Position numbers and translations under genes: made by a program. A model generated the notes under the pieces. It had not been told where the DNA came from, searched no databases, and saw only the letters and a program-made list of their open reading frames with translations. A DNA stretch of 64,000 bases from Polaromonas sp. (GTDB taxonomy: Bacteria; Pseudomonadota; Gammaproteobacteria; Burkholderiales; Burkholderiaceae_C): NCBI RefSeq assembly GCF_030680935.1, contig NZ_JAUXUP010000015.1:1948-65947 (forward strand). Reading direction: 5' to 3'. How positions within the stretch are numbered: the stretch's first letter is position 1; every line of letters starts with the position of its first letter. Below are positions 18,243 to 28,261 of this stretch, piece after piece.

Positions 18243-20657
18243 ATGTCCCGCTTTCAAGTCAAAAAAGTCGCCGTCCTGGGCGCAGGTGTGATGGGCGCGC
18301 AGATTGCTGCGCACCTGGTCAACCTCAAGGTTCCGGTGGTGCTGTTTGATCTGCCTGCAAAAGAAGGTCCGAAAAACGGCATTGTCACCAAGGCTGTTGA
18401 AGGACTGAAAAAGCTCAAGCCTGCGCCGCTTGGCGTTCCGGAAGATGCGGCGCTGATCCAGCAAGCCAACTATGAGGAACACATGGATGTTCTCAAGGAG
18501 TGCGACCTGATCATCGAGGCGATTGCCGAGCGCATGGACTGGAAGACCGATCTGTACCACAAGATTGCGCCCTTCATCGGTGAAGGAGCCATCGTTGCCA
18601 GTAACACCTCTGGCCTGTCGATCACCCAACTCAGCGAAGCACTGCCTGCCTCCATCAAGCCGCGTTTTTGCGGCATCCACTTTTTCAATCCGCCGCGCTA
18701 CATGACGCTGGTCGAACTGATCAACACGCCGACGACAGAGCCCAGGGTGCTGGACGACCTCGAAGCCTTTGTGACCAGCGGTCTTGGCAAGGGCGTGATT
18801 CGCGCGCATGACACGCCCAATTTCGTTGCGAACCGTGTGGGTATCGCCGGCATGCTGGCCACGATCAAGGAGGCCGAGACCTTTGGTTTGAGTTACGACG
18901 TGGTCGATGACCTGACAGGCAAGAAGCTGGGCCGCGCGAGCTCAGGCACCTTCCGCACCGCCGACGTGGTGGGCCTGGACACCATGGCGCACGTCATCAA
19001 GACGCTGCAGGACAACCTCGGTCCCGGAAAAGTAGAAGACCCGTTTTCTGACATCTACGGCACACCGCCTGTGCTGGCAAAGTTGCTCGAATCGAAAAGC
19101 CTGGGCCAGAAAACCGGCGCGGGTTTCTACAAGAAGGTTGGCCGCGACATCCTGCGTCTGGACCCTGAAAGCATGGAGTACGTGCCCGGTGGCGCCAAGG
19201 CCAATGAAGTGGTCGGCCGCATGCTCAAAAAACCCGCAGGCGAACGCCTCAGACTTTTGCGCGATGCCGAAGGCGCCGAGCCGCGTTTCCTCTGGGCCAT
19301 TCTGCGCGACCAGTTTCACTACGCCGCCGTGCACCTTGAGAGCATTGCAGAGACCGCGCGAGATATCGACTTTGCCATGCGCTGGGGCTTCGGTGCCAAG
19401 CAGGGACCGTTCGAACTGTGGCAAGAGGCGGGCTGGCTGCAGGTGGCCAACTGGATCAAGGAGGACATTGACGCCGGCAAGGCCATCAGCAAGGCGCCTC
19501 TGCCTGATTGGGTGTTCAAGGGCCCAGTGGCTGACGCCGGCGGTGTGCACACGCCGGAGGGCTCGTGGAGTGCTTCTGCGAAGAAATTCATCGCGCGCCG
19601 CAAGCTGCCGGTGTATGAGCGCCAGTTCTTCCCCGAAAACGTGCTGGGCGCCAACGCGCCGTCGTTCACCACAGCCGGCACCACGCTGCACGAAGACGAC
19701 GCGATCCGCCTCTGGACGCTGGATGGTGAGCAGGGCGACGTGGTGATCGCCAGCATCAAGACCAAGATGCACGCCATCGGCCCCGATGTGGTTGAAGGTC
19801 TGGCGATGGCGGTGGACCTCGCCGAAAAAAGCTACAAGGGCCTGGTGATCTGGTCCAACGACGAGATGTTCTCGGCCGGTGCCGACCTGCAGGCCATGTT
19901 GCCCGCCTTCATGATGGCCGGCGTCTCGGCCGTGGAAGGTGCCGAGGCCGAGATGCAAAACGTGATGCTCAAGCTGCGTTATGCGGCTGTGCCGGTGGTC
20001 TCGGCTGTGCGCGGCCTGGCCCTGGGTGGCGGTTGCGAGCTGGCGGTCTATTCGGCCAAACGTGTGGCCGCTATGGAAAGTTACATCGGCCTGGTCGAGG
20101 TGGGTGTGGGCCTGGTGCCCGGCGCCGGCGGCCTGACCTACATTGCGCGGCGTGCCGCTGAAAACGCCGCGATGTCCACCAACAAGGACGTGCTGCCTTT
20201 CCTGACCGAAGGCTTCACCGCCGCCGCCATGGCCAAGGTCGGCACCAGCGCGATTGAAAGCCGAAAGATCGGTTATCTGCTTGACAGCGACGTGATCGTA
20301 CCGAACAAGGACGAGCTGCTGTATGTGGCGCTCAACGAGGCGCGCGCGCTGTTCAACTCTGGCTATCGCGCACCGCACCGCCGGCCTTTTCCTGTCGTGG
20401 GCCGCAGCGGCCTGGCGACCATCAAGGGCCAACTCGTCAACATGCGTGATGGCGGCTTCATCAGCGCGCACGACTTCCATATCGCCAGCCTGATTGCCAA
20501 CGTGGTCTGCGGCGGCGACGTCGATGCCGGCTCGCTGGTCACGGAAGAGTATTTGATGACGCTTGAGCGCAAGGCCTTCTGCTCGTTGTTGGAGCATCCG
20601 AAAACGCAAGAACGCATTATGGGAATGATGAGCACGGGCAAACCTGTGCGCAACTGA
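18243..20657 (+). CDS. 3-hydroxyacyl-CoA dehydrogenase/enoyl-CoA hydratase multifunctional protein (FadN-like)
   Basis: VAVLGAGVMG, EAIAE, SNTSGL, HFFNPP, NFVANR; C-terminal crotonase with ALGGGCE. Confidence 0.93.
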   Translation: MSRFQVKKVAVLGAGVMGAQIAAHLVNLKVPVVLFDLPAKEGPKNGIVTKAVEGLKKLKPAPLGVPEDAALIQQANYEEHMDVLKECDLIIEAIAERMDWKTDLYHKIAPFIGEGAIVASNTSGLSITQLSEALPASIKPRFCGIHFFNPPRYMTLVELINTPTTEPRVLDDLEAFVTSGLGKGVIRAHDTPNFVANRVGIAGMLATIKEAETFGLSYDVVDDLTGKKLGRASSGTFRTADVVGLDTMAHVIKTLQDNLGPGKVEDPFSDIYGTPPVLAKLLESKSLGQKTGAGFYKKVGRDILRLDPESMEYVPGGAKANEVVGRMLKKPAGERLRLLRDAEGAEPRFLWAILRDQFHYAAVHLESIAETARDIDFAMRWGFGAKQGPFELWQEAGWLQVANWIKEDIDAGKAISKAPLPDWVFKGPVADAGGVHTPEGSWSASAKKFIARRKLPVYERQFFPENVLGANAPSFTTAGTTLHEDDAIRLWTLDGEQGDVVIASIKTKMHAIGPDVVEGLAMAVDLAEKSYKGLVIWSNDEMFSAGADLQAMLPAFMMAGVSAVEGAEAEMQNVMLKLRYAAVPVVSAVRGLALGGGCELAVYSAKRVAAMESYIGLVEVGVGLVPGAGGLTYIARRAAENAAMSTNKDVLPFLTEGFTAAAMAKVGTSAIESRKIGYLLDSDVIVPNKDELLYVALNEARALFNSGYRAPHRRPFPVVGRSGLATIKGQLVNMRDGGFISAHDFHIASLIANVVCGGDVDAGSLVTEEYLMTLERKAFCSLLEHPKTQERIMGMMSTGKPVRN

Positions 20658-20661
20658 TCAA

Positions 20662-20775
20662 GCTACTGCGGAATCGCCATGCGTCGTTGCAGCCCAAGCC
20701 CAATCCTCACGTACCTGAAGTACGTGCCAAGTGTGCTCGGGCGCCCGCGCCTCGCCTGACGATCCCTCGCTACGC
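20662..20775 (+). repeat. ~114-bp structured repeat (MITE/REP-like), copy A
   Basis: GCTACTGCG...TCCTCACGTACCTGAAGTACG...CTCGCTACGC; similar copies at 22553, 54725, 54798. Confidence 0.8.
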
Positions 20776-20817
20776 TTGCTCAATCACGCACGCTACTTCG
20801 CATAAGCAATCAAGTCC

Positions 20818-21330
20818 ATGACGACACTACACAACAACCCCAACCGCCTCGAGCGCCAGCTCGATCGGCTGTCCGACCTGCCGGCGTTTGCGCGCTCTTT
20901 CTTCCGTGGCGTGGTGATGCATCGAGCCGTGCCTTTCACCGGCACGGCGGGACTCGACTTCCTGCTGATGACGCCTGCGAAGGTGGAGATCGGTCTCAAA
21001 AACGAGAAAAAGGTGCAAAACCACATCGGGGGCATCCATGCCTCGGCGATGAACCTGTTGGCAGAAACAGCCACCGGCATGGTGGTGGGCATGAATGTTC
21101 GTGACGACTGCATTCCGCTGGCCAAGGAGTTGAAGATGGCGTTCAAAAAACGCGCGACCGGATCGCTCCGTGCCGTGGCCACCTTGAGCGACGAACAGCG
21201 TGCGGCCATGCAGGCCAGTGACAAGGGTGAAGTGACCGTAGCGGTCACCGTGACAGACGAGGCCGGCGTGAACCCGGTGGAATGTGAATTTGTCTGGGCA
21301 TGGATACCTTCCGGCCCGCGAAAAAATTAA
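20818..21330 (+). CDS. Hot-dog fold protein (DUF4442/PaaI-like thioesterase)
   Basis: VPFTGTAG, VQNHIGGIHASAMNLLAETATG. Confidence 0.8.
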   Translation: MTTLHNNPNRLERQLDRLSDLPAFARSFFRGVVMHRAVPFTGTAGLDFLLMTPAKVEIGLKNEKKVQNHIGGIHASAMNLLAETATGMVVGMNVRDDCIPLAKELKMAFKKRATGSLRAVATLSDEQRAAMQASDKGEVTVAVTVTDEAGVNPVECEFVWAWIPSGPRKN

Positions 21331-21351
21331 AGAATCAAAGGAACTGACATC

Positions 21352-22551
21352 ATGGCCAAACAAGTCCAGGAAGCCTACATCGTTGCCGCCACGCGCACGC
21401 CCATCGGGCGTTCGCACCGCGGTTTTTTCCGCAACACACGTCCCGACGACCTGCTGGTACACGCGCTGCAGGCGGCGCTCGCCCAGGTGCCCACGCTGGA
21501 CCCGAAGGCCATCGAAGACATCATCTGCGGTTGCGCCATTCCCGAAGGCCCGCAAGGCCTGAACATTGCACGCATAGGCGCGGTGCTGGCCGGTTTGCCG
21601 ACCAGTGTGGGCGGCATCACCGTCAACCGTTTCTGTGCGTCGGGTTTGAGCGCCATCCAGATGGCGGCTGACCGCATCCGTGTTGGTGAGGCCGACGTGA
21701 TGATTGCCGCGGGCACTGAAAGCATGAGCATGGTGCCGATGTCGGGCAACTCGCCGTCGCTGTCACCGGCCATGTTCATCAATGACGAAAACATCGGCAT
21801 CGCCTACGGCATGGGGCTCACCGCCGAAAAAGTGGCGCAGCAATGGAAGGTCTCACGCGAGGCGCAGGACCAGTTTGCCCTGGAGTCGCACCAGAAGGCG
21901 ATGAAGGCGCAGAAGGATGGCGAGTTCACGGCCGAGATCACGCCGGTGGAAGTGACCGACCGCTCGCCAGATCTGGAGAGCGGTGAAGTCATCAGCAAAG
22001 TCCGCACCGTGAGCCTGGACGAAGGTCCGCGCCCCGATACCTCGCTCGAAGGCCTGGCCAAACTCAAGACGGTGTTTGCCGCGCGTGGTTCGGTCACGGC
22101 GGGTAACAGCTCGCAGACTTCGGATGGCGCGGGCGCTCTGATCCTGGCCAGCGAAAAAGCGGTGAAGGAACACGGCCTCAAACCGCTCGCGCGATTTGTC
22201 AGTTACGCGGCAAAAGGCGTGCCGCCGCACATCATGGGCATAGGTCCGATTGAGGCGATCCCTGCGGCCTTGCGTTATGCCGGTCTCAAGCAGGACGACA
22301 TCGACTGGTACGAACTGAACGAAGCCTTTGCGGCCCAGTCGCTGGCGGTCATCAACACTCTGGGCCTGAACGCAGCAAAAGTGAACCCGATGGGCGGCGC
22401 GATTGCCCTGGGCCACCCACTGGGCGCGACCGGGGCGATCCGCGCGGCAACCGTGATTCATGCGCTGCACCGGCACCAGCTGAAGTACGGCATGGTGACG
22501 ATGTGTGTGGGGATGGGGCAGGGCGCAGCCGGCATCTTCGAACGCGTTTAG
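21352..22551 (+). CDS. fadA: Acetyl-CoA C-acyltransferase (3-ketoacyl-CoA thiolase)
   Basis: TVNRFCASGL, NEAF, GGAIALGHPLGATG, MCVGMGQG. Confidence 0.93.
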   Translation: MAKQVQEAYIVAATRTPIGRSHRGFFRNTRPDDLLVHALQAALAQVPTLDPKAIEDIICGCAIPEGPQGLNIARIGAVLAGLPTSVGGITVNRFCASGLSAIQMAADRIRVGEADVMIAAGTESMSMVPMSGNSPSLSPAMFINDENIGIAYGMGLTAEKVAQQWKVSREAQDQFALESHQKAMKAQKDGEFTAEITPVEVTDRSPDLESGEVISKVRTVSLDEGPRPDTSLEGLAKLKTVFAARGSVTAGNSSQTSDGAGALILASEKAVKEHGLKPLARFVSYAAKGVPPHIMGIGPIEAIPAALRYAGLKQDDIDWYELNEAFAAQSLAVINTLGLNAAKVNPMGGAIALGHPLGATGAIRAATVIHALHRHQLKYGMVTMCVGMGQGAAGIFERV

Positions 22552-22552
22552 G

Positions 22553-22666
22553 GCTACTGCGCGGGCGATCTGCGGCGTTGGTCCGGTGCTCCCCATCCTC
22601 ACGTACCTGAAGTACGCTCCGGTGGGTCCGCGCCGTCCGCCTTGCATCTCATCCCGCTCGCTACGC
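22553..22666 (+). repeat. ~114-bp structured repeat, copy B
   Basis: GCTACTGCGCGGGCG...TCCTCACGTACCTGAAGTACGCTCCGG...CCCGCTCGCTACGC, immediately after the fadA stop. Confidence 0.8.
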
Positions 22667-22701
22667 CCTGATGATTTTCGTGGTTTTTTAGGGGAAAAGT
22701 C

Positions 22702-23598
22702 ATGCAAAAGCAGATTCTTGAGTCCGGTTCCCTGCAACTTTCGCTGCGTGTGTATGAGTCGGCCAGTCCGGCCCGTGCCAGCGTGGTGATAGGCGGTGCC
22801 ATGGGTGTACGCCAGGACTACTACGCGCCATTTGCCGGGTGGCTCTCGGCTCAGGGCTTTCGTGTCACCACCTTTGACTACCGGGGTTCGGGTGACTCCC
22901 TGCCCGACACGGCCGATGGCAGCTTGCGCGGCTTCCAGGCTGACCTCATGGATTGGGCCCGCGACTATGAGGCCGTGGTGGATAAGGCCAAAACCGCGCT
23001 GCCGGACGCGCCCCTCTACCTGCTCGGGCACAGCCTGGGCGCGCAACTGCCGGGCTTCCTGAAAAACCAGTCCAAGGTGGATGGCCTGGTCAGCATCGCA
23101 GCGGGCAGCGGTTACTGGCGCGACAACGCACCGCAGCTCAAACGCATGGTGCTGTACTTCTGGTATGTGCTGGTGCCTGTGGCCACGCGCCTGTTTGGAT
23201 ACTTTCCCGGGCGCAAGCTTAAAAAAGTCGGTGACCTGCCCGCCGGCGTGATGTTGCAGTGGCGCAAATGGTGTCTGAACCCGCAGTACAGCGTGGGCGC
23301 CGAGGGCGAGACCGCGCGTCTGGCCTATGCGGCAGCAGACTTTCCGGTACTGGCATTGTCCATCACCGACGATGAGCTGATGACCTGGCGCGGCACACAA
23401 AACCTGATCAACCTCTACACCGGCGCCCCGCGCAGTTTTGAGCGGGTCACACCCGCAGATCTGGGCGTCAAACGTATCGGCCATTTCGGATTCTTCCGAG
23501 AGCAGTTCAGCCAAAGCCTGTGGCCACGTACTGTTCAAATTCTTGAGCGCATGCATCCGACATACGCGGCAACAGGCGTCACCGGCACGACTGCCTGA
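22702..23598 (+). CDS. Alpha/beta hydrolase (COG4757-like)
   Basis: FDYRGSG, nucleophile elbow GHSLG, DDE, IGHFGFF. Confidence 0.88.
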   Translation: MQKQILESGSLQLSLRVYESASPARASVVIGGAMGVRQDYYAPFAGWLSAQGFRVTTFDYRGSGDSLPDTADGSLRGFQADLMDWARDYEAVVDKAKTALPDAPLYLLGHSLGAQLPGFLKNQSKVDGLVSIAAGSGYWRDNAPQLKRMVLYFWYVLVPVATRLFGYFPGRKLKKVGDLPAGVMLQWRKWCLNPQYSVGAEGETARLAYAAADFPVLALSITDDELMTWRGTQNLINLYTGAPRSFERVTPADLGVKRIGHFGFFREQFSQSLWPRTVQILERMHPTYAATGVTGTTA

Positions 23599-23625
23599 CC
23601 GCGCCCAGAGCGGCATACTTCGCCC

Positions 23626-23928
23626 ATGAGTTCCCACCCTTTTGATTCGGCCATCGAACTGAAGCCCCCAGGTACATGGAAGTTTTCTCGGCCACACCAG
23701 CCCCGCTTACGCCAACATGATCGGGCCAGTCGGCGGTGTCACGGTGTCGACGATGGTGTACTGCCATGCCGATGCCGCCCTGTTGCAGCGCACCGGCAGC
23801 GCTACCTGCCGGGACAGACCCAGGCCCGGGCTTTTTGCAATGGTTTTTTGGACCAGACCGCGCAATCAGGGGCCGAGGCGGGGCAATGGCTGGCAACGAG
23901 AGACCAGGTCAGGTACTACAAAGAATGA
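23626..23928 (+). pseudogene. Degenerate acyl-CoA thioesterase (TesB-like double hot-dog) remnant with 2 frameshifts and a large internal deletion
   Basis: Frame 1 MSSHPFDSAIEL; shifted frame GHTSPAYANMIGPVGGVT|VSTMVYCHADAALL; back in frame 1 YLPGQTQARAFCNGFLDQTAQ...LATRDQVRYYKE* = recognisable N- and C-termini of this family. Confidence 0.7.
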
Positions 23929-23995
23929 TCAAGCGGCGGCGCAGCGACGCCCGGACCCACGCGCTGTATCCGCGAACCTGAATGGAAAAATTCTG

Positions 23996-24595
23996 ATGGA
24001 CAAAGCTGTAGATTTTTACTTCGACGTTGGCAGCCCGGCCGCTTACATAGCCTGGACCCAGATGCCCGATCTCTGCCGGGAAGCCGGCGGCAGCATCGTT
24101 TACAAACCCATGCTGCTGGGAGGCGTTTTTCACGCCACGGGCAACCATTCGCCAACCACGGTGCCGGCCAAGGGCAAATACATGCTGGACGATCTGGCGC
24201 GTTTCGCGCAGCGTTATGGTGTGCCTTTCGAACACAACCCCTATTTCCCGATCAACACGCTGACACTGATGCGCGCTGCCACCGGCCTGCAAATGCGCGA
24301 CCCCGCACGTTTTGTCCCGGCGGTGGATGCGATGTACCGCGCCATCTGGGTGGATCGCAAGGACATGAACGATCCGGCGGTGGTGGGTGCGGCGCTGCAA
24401 GCTGCCGGGTTCGATCCGCAGGCGCTGCTGGCCCTGGCGGCCGAACCCGAGGTCAAGGATCGGTTGAAAGCCGTGACGCAGGAGGCGGTGGAGCGTGGCG
24501 TGTTTGGCGCGCCCACCTTCTTCGTCCATGGGCAGATGCACTGGGGGCAGGACCGCCTCGATTTTGTCAAACAAGCACTGAAAGCAAACACATGA
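23996..24595 (+). CDS. 2-hydroxychromene-2-carboxylate isomerase / GST-kappa (DsbA-fold)
   Basis: VDFYFDVGSPAAY, FPINTL, RGVFGAPTFFV, WGQDRL; ATG 23996. Confidence 0.9.
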   Translation: MDKAVDFYFDVGSPAAYIAWTQMPDLCREAGGSIVYKPMLLGGVFHATGNHSPTTVPAKGKYMLDDLARFAQRYGVPFEHNPYFPINTLTLMRAATGLQMRDPARFVPAVDAMYRAIWVDRKDMNDPAVVGAALQAAGFDPQALLALAAEPEVKDRLKAVTQEAVERGVFGAPTFFVHGQMHWGQDRLDFVKQALKANT

Positions 24596-25359
24596 GCAAC
24601 GACATCCTGATCCACACCGAAGCGGGCGTGATGACCATCACGCTGAACCGGCCCGAGCGCAAGAACTCCATCACTTCGGCGATGTATGGCGCCATGGCCG
24701 ATGCGCTGGCTGCCGCCCAGGCAGATGTCGCGATCCGGGTCGTGGTGCTGCAAGGGCACGAAACCATTTTCAGCGCCGGTAACGACATCGGCGATTTCCT
24801 GAACAAACCGCCCGCCGGGATGGACTCGCCGGTGTTCCGCTTTCTGCGCGGCATCGCGGCCTTTCCCAAGCCGCTGGTGGCGGCTGTCTGTGGTCCGGCG
24901 GTGGGGGTGGGTACCACCATGCTGCTGCACTGCGACCTGGTCTATGCAGGTGACAATGCGGCCTTTTCCATGCCTTTTGTCAACCTTGGCCTGTGCCCGG
25001 AGGCAGCCTCCAGCCTGCTGCTGCCACAAATGCTGGGTTATCACCGCGCCGCAGAAGCCCTGTTGCTCGGCGAGCCCTTCATGGCCGAGGCGGCACTCGA
25101 AGTGGGCCTGGTCAACCGCGTTGTAGCGCCCACCGAGGCCAACAACCTGGCGCAATCGGTGGCAAAAAAACTCGCCGCCAAGCCCATGACCTCGCTGGTC
25201 GAGACCAAGCGGCTGATGAAAAAGGGCCAGCAGCAGCTAGTGGCGCAGCAAATGGACGAGGAAGGCGCCAGCTTCGGGCGTATGCTGGGCGAACCAGCGG
25301 CGCGCGAAGCTTTCGGCGCCTTCATGGCAAAGCGCAAGCCGGATTTTTCAAAAGTTTAA
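24592..25359 (+). CDS. Enoyl-CoA hydratase/isomerase
   Basis: LNRPERKNS, FSAGND, AVGVGTT, PFVNLGLCPEAAS. Confidence 0.92.
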   Translation: MSNDILIHTEAGVMTITLNRPERKNSITSAMYGAMADALAAAQADVAIRVVVLQGHETIFSAGNDIGDFLNKPPAGMDSPVFRFLRGIAAFPKPLVAAVCGPAVGVGTTMLLHCDLVYAGDNAAFSMPFVNLGLCPEAASSLLLPQMLGYHRAAEALLLGEPFMAEAALEVGLVNRVVAPTEANNLAQSVAKKLAAKPMTSLVETKRLMKKGQQQLVAQQMDEEGASFGRMLGEPAAREAFGAFMAKRKPDFSKV

Positions 25360-25377
25360 GCATCAAATAGAACTCTA

Positions 25378-25418
25378 GCCCTTATTTAACGGGCGTAGAC
25401 AGCTATCAATTCAGTAGC
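25378..25418 (+). repeat. 41-bp spaced motif, copy 5 (intergenic)
   Basis: GCCC-TTATTTAACGG-GCG-TAGAC-AGCT-ATCAATTCAG-TAGC; ~60 bp including the flank resembles the reverse complement of copy 1. Confidence 0.88.
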
Positions 25419-25431
25419 ATCAGGAGGTTGT

Positions 25432-26271
<840 letters not shown>

Positions 26272-26280
26272 CGGATACGA

Positions 26281-27480
26281 ATGAGTGATGCGTTTGACCG
26301 GGCGCGCCAGCATTTTCTGGAGGGTCTGGCGCATTTTCAGGCGCAGGCCCTGCCCGAGGCCGAACAGTGTTTTGAGTCCGCGCTGGCACTGATGCCGGGA
26401 CGCCCGTCCACGCTGACAAACCTGGGCGCTACACGCGTCAAACTGGGCAAGGCCGGTACCGCCGTGCCCCTGCTGGAGCAAGCCACAGCCGCCGAACCCG
26501 GCAATCTGCAAGCGTGGTCTTACCTGGCGCTGGCCCATGCCGACCTGGGCCAATACGCCCAGGCGCTGGCCTGTTATGACAAAGCGCTGGCACTGCACGA
26601 CGGTGCTGCGGCCATCTGGCTGCAACATGCGCAGACCCTGGTTCGGCTGGGCCGAGCGGATCGGGCGCTGGCATCGCTGGAGCGCGCGCTGGCGCTCGAT
26701 GCCACGCTCACCGAAGCCTGGAGCCACAGGGGTACGCTGCTGCGCGAGATGCAACGCCTGGACGAAGCCGCCGCCTGTTTTGACAGGGCCATAACACTGG
26801 GCGCAGACCAGCAAGTGCATGGCTACTTCCTCGCGTCGGTACGTGGCGGGGCGGCGCCGCAGCTGGCACCGCGCGCCTATGTCGAGTACCTGTTTGACGA
26901 CTATGCCGCCGAGTTTCAACAGCACCTGGTGGGGGTCTTGCATTACCGTGCCCACGAGCTGCTGATTCAACGCCTGGCCGATCTTGGTCCGCGCCGCTTC
27001 CCTTCGGTGCTGGATTTGGGCTGCGGCACCGGCTTGTGTGGCCCGCTGATCCGGCCGCTGGCTGACCGGGTGGATGGCGTGGACATCTCGCGCGGCATGC
27101 TCGACAAGGCGCAGGCGCTGGGCGTCTACACCGCGCTGGTTCATGCTGATGTGGCCGATTATCTGGCGGGCGCGGCACGCAGCGATGATCTGGTGCTGGC
27201 AGCCGATGTTTTTATCTATGTCGGCGAACTGGACCAGGTGTTTGCAGGGGTGGCCCGGGTGCTCCGGCCCGGCGGCATCTTTGCTTTCACTGTCGAGCTC
27301 GCAGCAGAGGGGCAAGAGCTGCAACTGCGGCCCAGCCTGCGTTACGCACACTCCGAGGCCTATATCCGCCGACTGGCGAGCACGCATGGTTTTGCGGTGC
27401 AGATGCTGCATCAAGCGCCGCTGCGCGAAGACCAGCAGCAGCCGGTCCAGGGTTTGTACGTCTACTTGATGGCAGGCTGA
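26281..27480 (+). CDS. TPR-repeat protein fused to a SAM-dependent methyltransferase (COG4976-like)
   Basis: N-terminal TPR helices; YVEYLFDDYA; VLDLGCGTGLCG; GVDISRGML; AADVFIYVG; RYAHS. Confidence 0.88.
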   Translation: MSDAFDRARQHFLEGLAHFQAQALPEAEQCFESALALMPGRPSTLTNLGATRVKLGKAGTAVPLLEQATAAEPGNLQAWSYLALAHADLGQYAQALACYDKALALHDGAAAIWLQHAQTLVRLGRADRALASLERALALDATLTEAWSHRGTLLREMQRLDEAAACFDRAITLGADQQVHGYFLASVRGGAAPQLAPRAYVEYLFDDYAAEFQQHLVGVLHYRAHELLIQRLADLGPRRFPSVLDLGCGTGLCGPLIRPLADRVDGVDISRGMLDKAQALGVYTALVHADVADYLAGAARSDDLVLAADVFIYVGELDQVFAGVARVLRPGGIFAFTVELAAEGQELQLRPSLRYAHSEAYIRRLASTHGFAVQMLHQAPLREDQQQPVQGLYVYLMAG

Positions 27481-27525
27481 CACCGCCGGCGGGGTGGGGC
27501 CATCGTCAGCTGCCAGTGGCTTTTA

Positions 27526-27553
27526 TTTTTACAAAGCGGCTGCTTGCTAAAAA
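27526..27553. promoter_or_regulatory. 28-bp palindromic operator upstream of the AtuR-like TetR
   Basis: ...TTTTACAAAGCG-GC-TGCTTGCTAAAAA; near-identical to 44863-44890. Confidence 0.7.
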
Positions 27554-27580
27554 TACCCGGCTTTGTTATGGTTCTGCCTT

Positions 27581-28261
27581 ATGCAGACCCCAACCGCCGA
27601 TACCACCGCAGCGCGCCGGCCACGTGGCCGACCGCGCAAAACGCTGGATGAGCGCGATGACGGCAACCGACGGGTAGAGCTGGTCAACGCGGCGGCACGC
27701 CTTTTTCGCCGCAAGGGATTTGATGCAACAAGCACCCGGGACATCGCCACCGCGGTTGGCATGCACAGCGGCTCGCCGTTTTATCACTTCAAAAGCAAGG
27801 GCGCGCTGCTGTATGCAGTGATGGACGAGGGCATGCGCTCAGCCACCTTGCGTCAGACCGCTGCCCTTGAGCAGGCCTGTGCTGCCTTGCCCGATGCAGC
27901 GGCCCTTTTACGGGTGCTTGTGCGCAATCATTTCGATATTCTGCTGGGCCCTGGCAGCGACTTTATTCCGGTCATGCTGTACGAGTCGCGCTCCATCACC
28001 GCGCGCCAGCGCAGCTCCCTGGCCAAACTGCAAAGCGACTACGAATCGGTCTGGCAGCCGGTGCTGCAGGCGCTGAGCGAACAGGGGCGCCTGGGCTGCC
28101 CGGTCAAACTCGCGCGCCTGCTGATTTTTGGCGCCCTGAACTGGTCCGCCCAGTGGTTTGATGCAAAAAAAGGGGCCTCCCTTGACGAGCTGGCCGACGC
28201 GGCCGTCGCGCTGTTTATCGGCAACAACCCGAAACCCCCTGGAAGGAGAGTCCGACCATGA
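27581..28261 (+). CDS. TetR-family regulator (AtuR-like)
   Basis: AAARLFRRKGFDATSTRDIATAVGMHSGSPFYHFKSK; its stop overlaps the atuB start (ATGA). Confidence 0.9.
   Translation: MQTPTADTTAARRPRGRPRKTLDERDDGNRRVELVNAAARLFRRKGFDATSTRDIATAVGMHSGSPFYHFKSKGALLYAVMDEGMRSATLRQTAALEQACAALPDAAALLRVLVRNHFDILLGPGSDFIPVMLYESRSITARQRSSLAKLQSDYESVWQPVLQALSEQGRLGCPVKLARLLIFGALNWSAQWFDAKKGASLDELADAAVALFIGNNPKPPGRRVRP

Noticed and set aside
23717-24595. 292-aa ORF that looks like an N-terminally extended HCCA isomerase
   Set aside because: The extension is the out-of-frame thioesterase pseudogene running into the real gene, which starts at ATG 23996.
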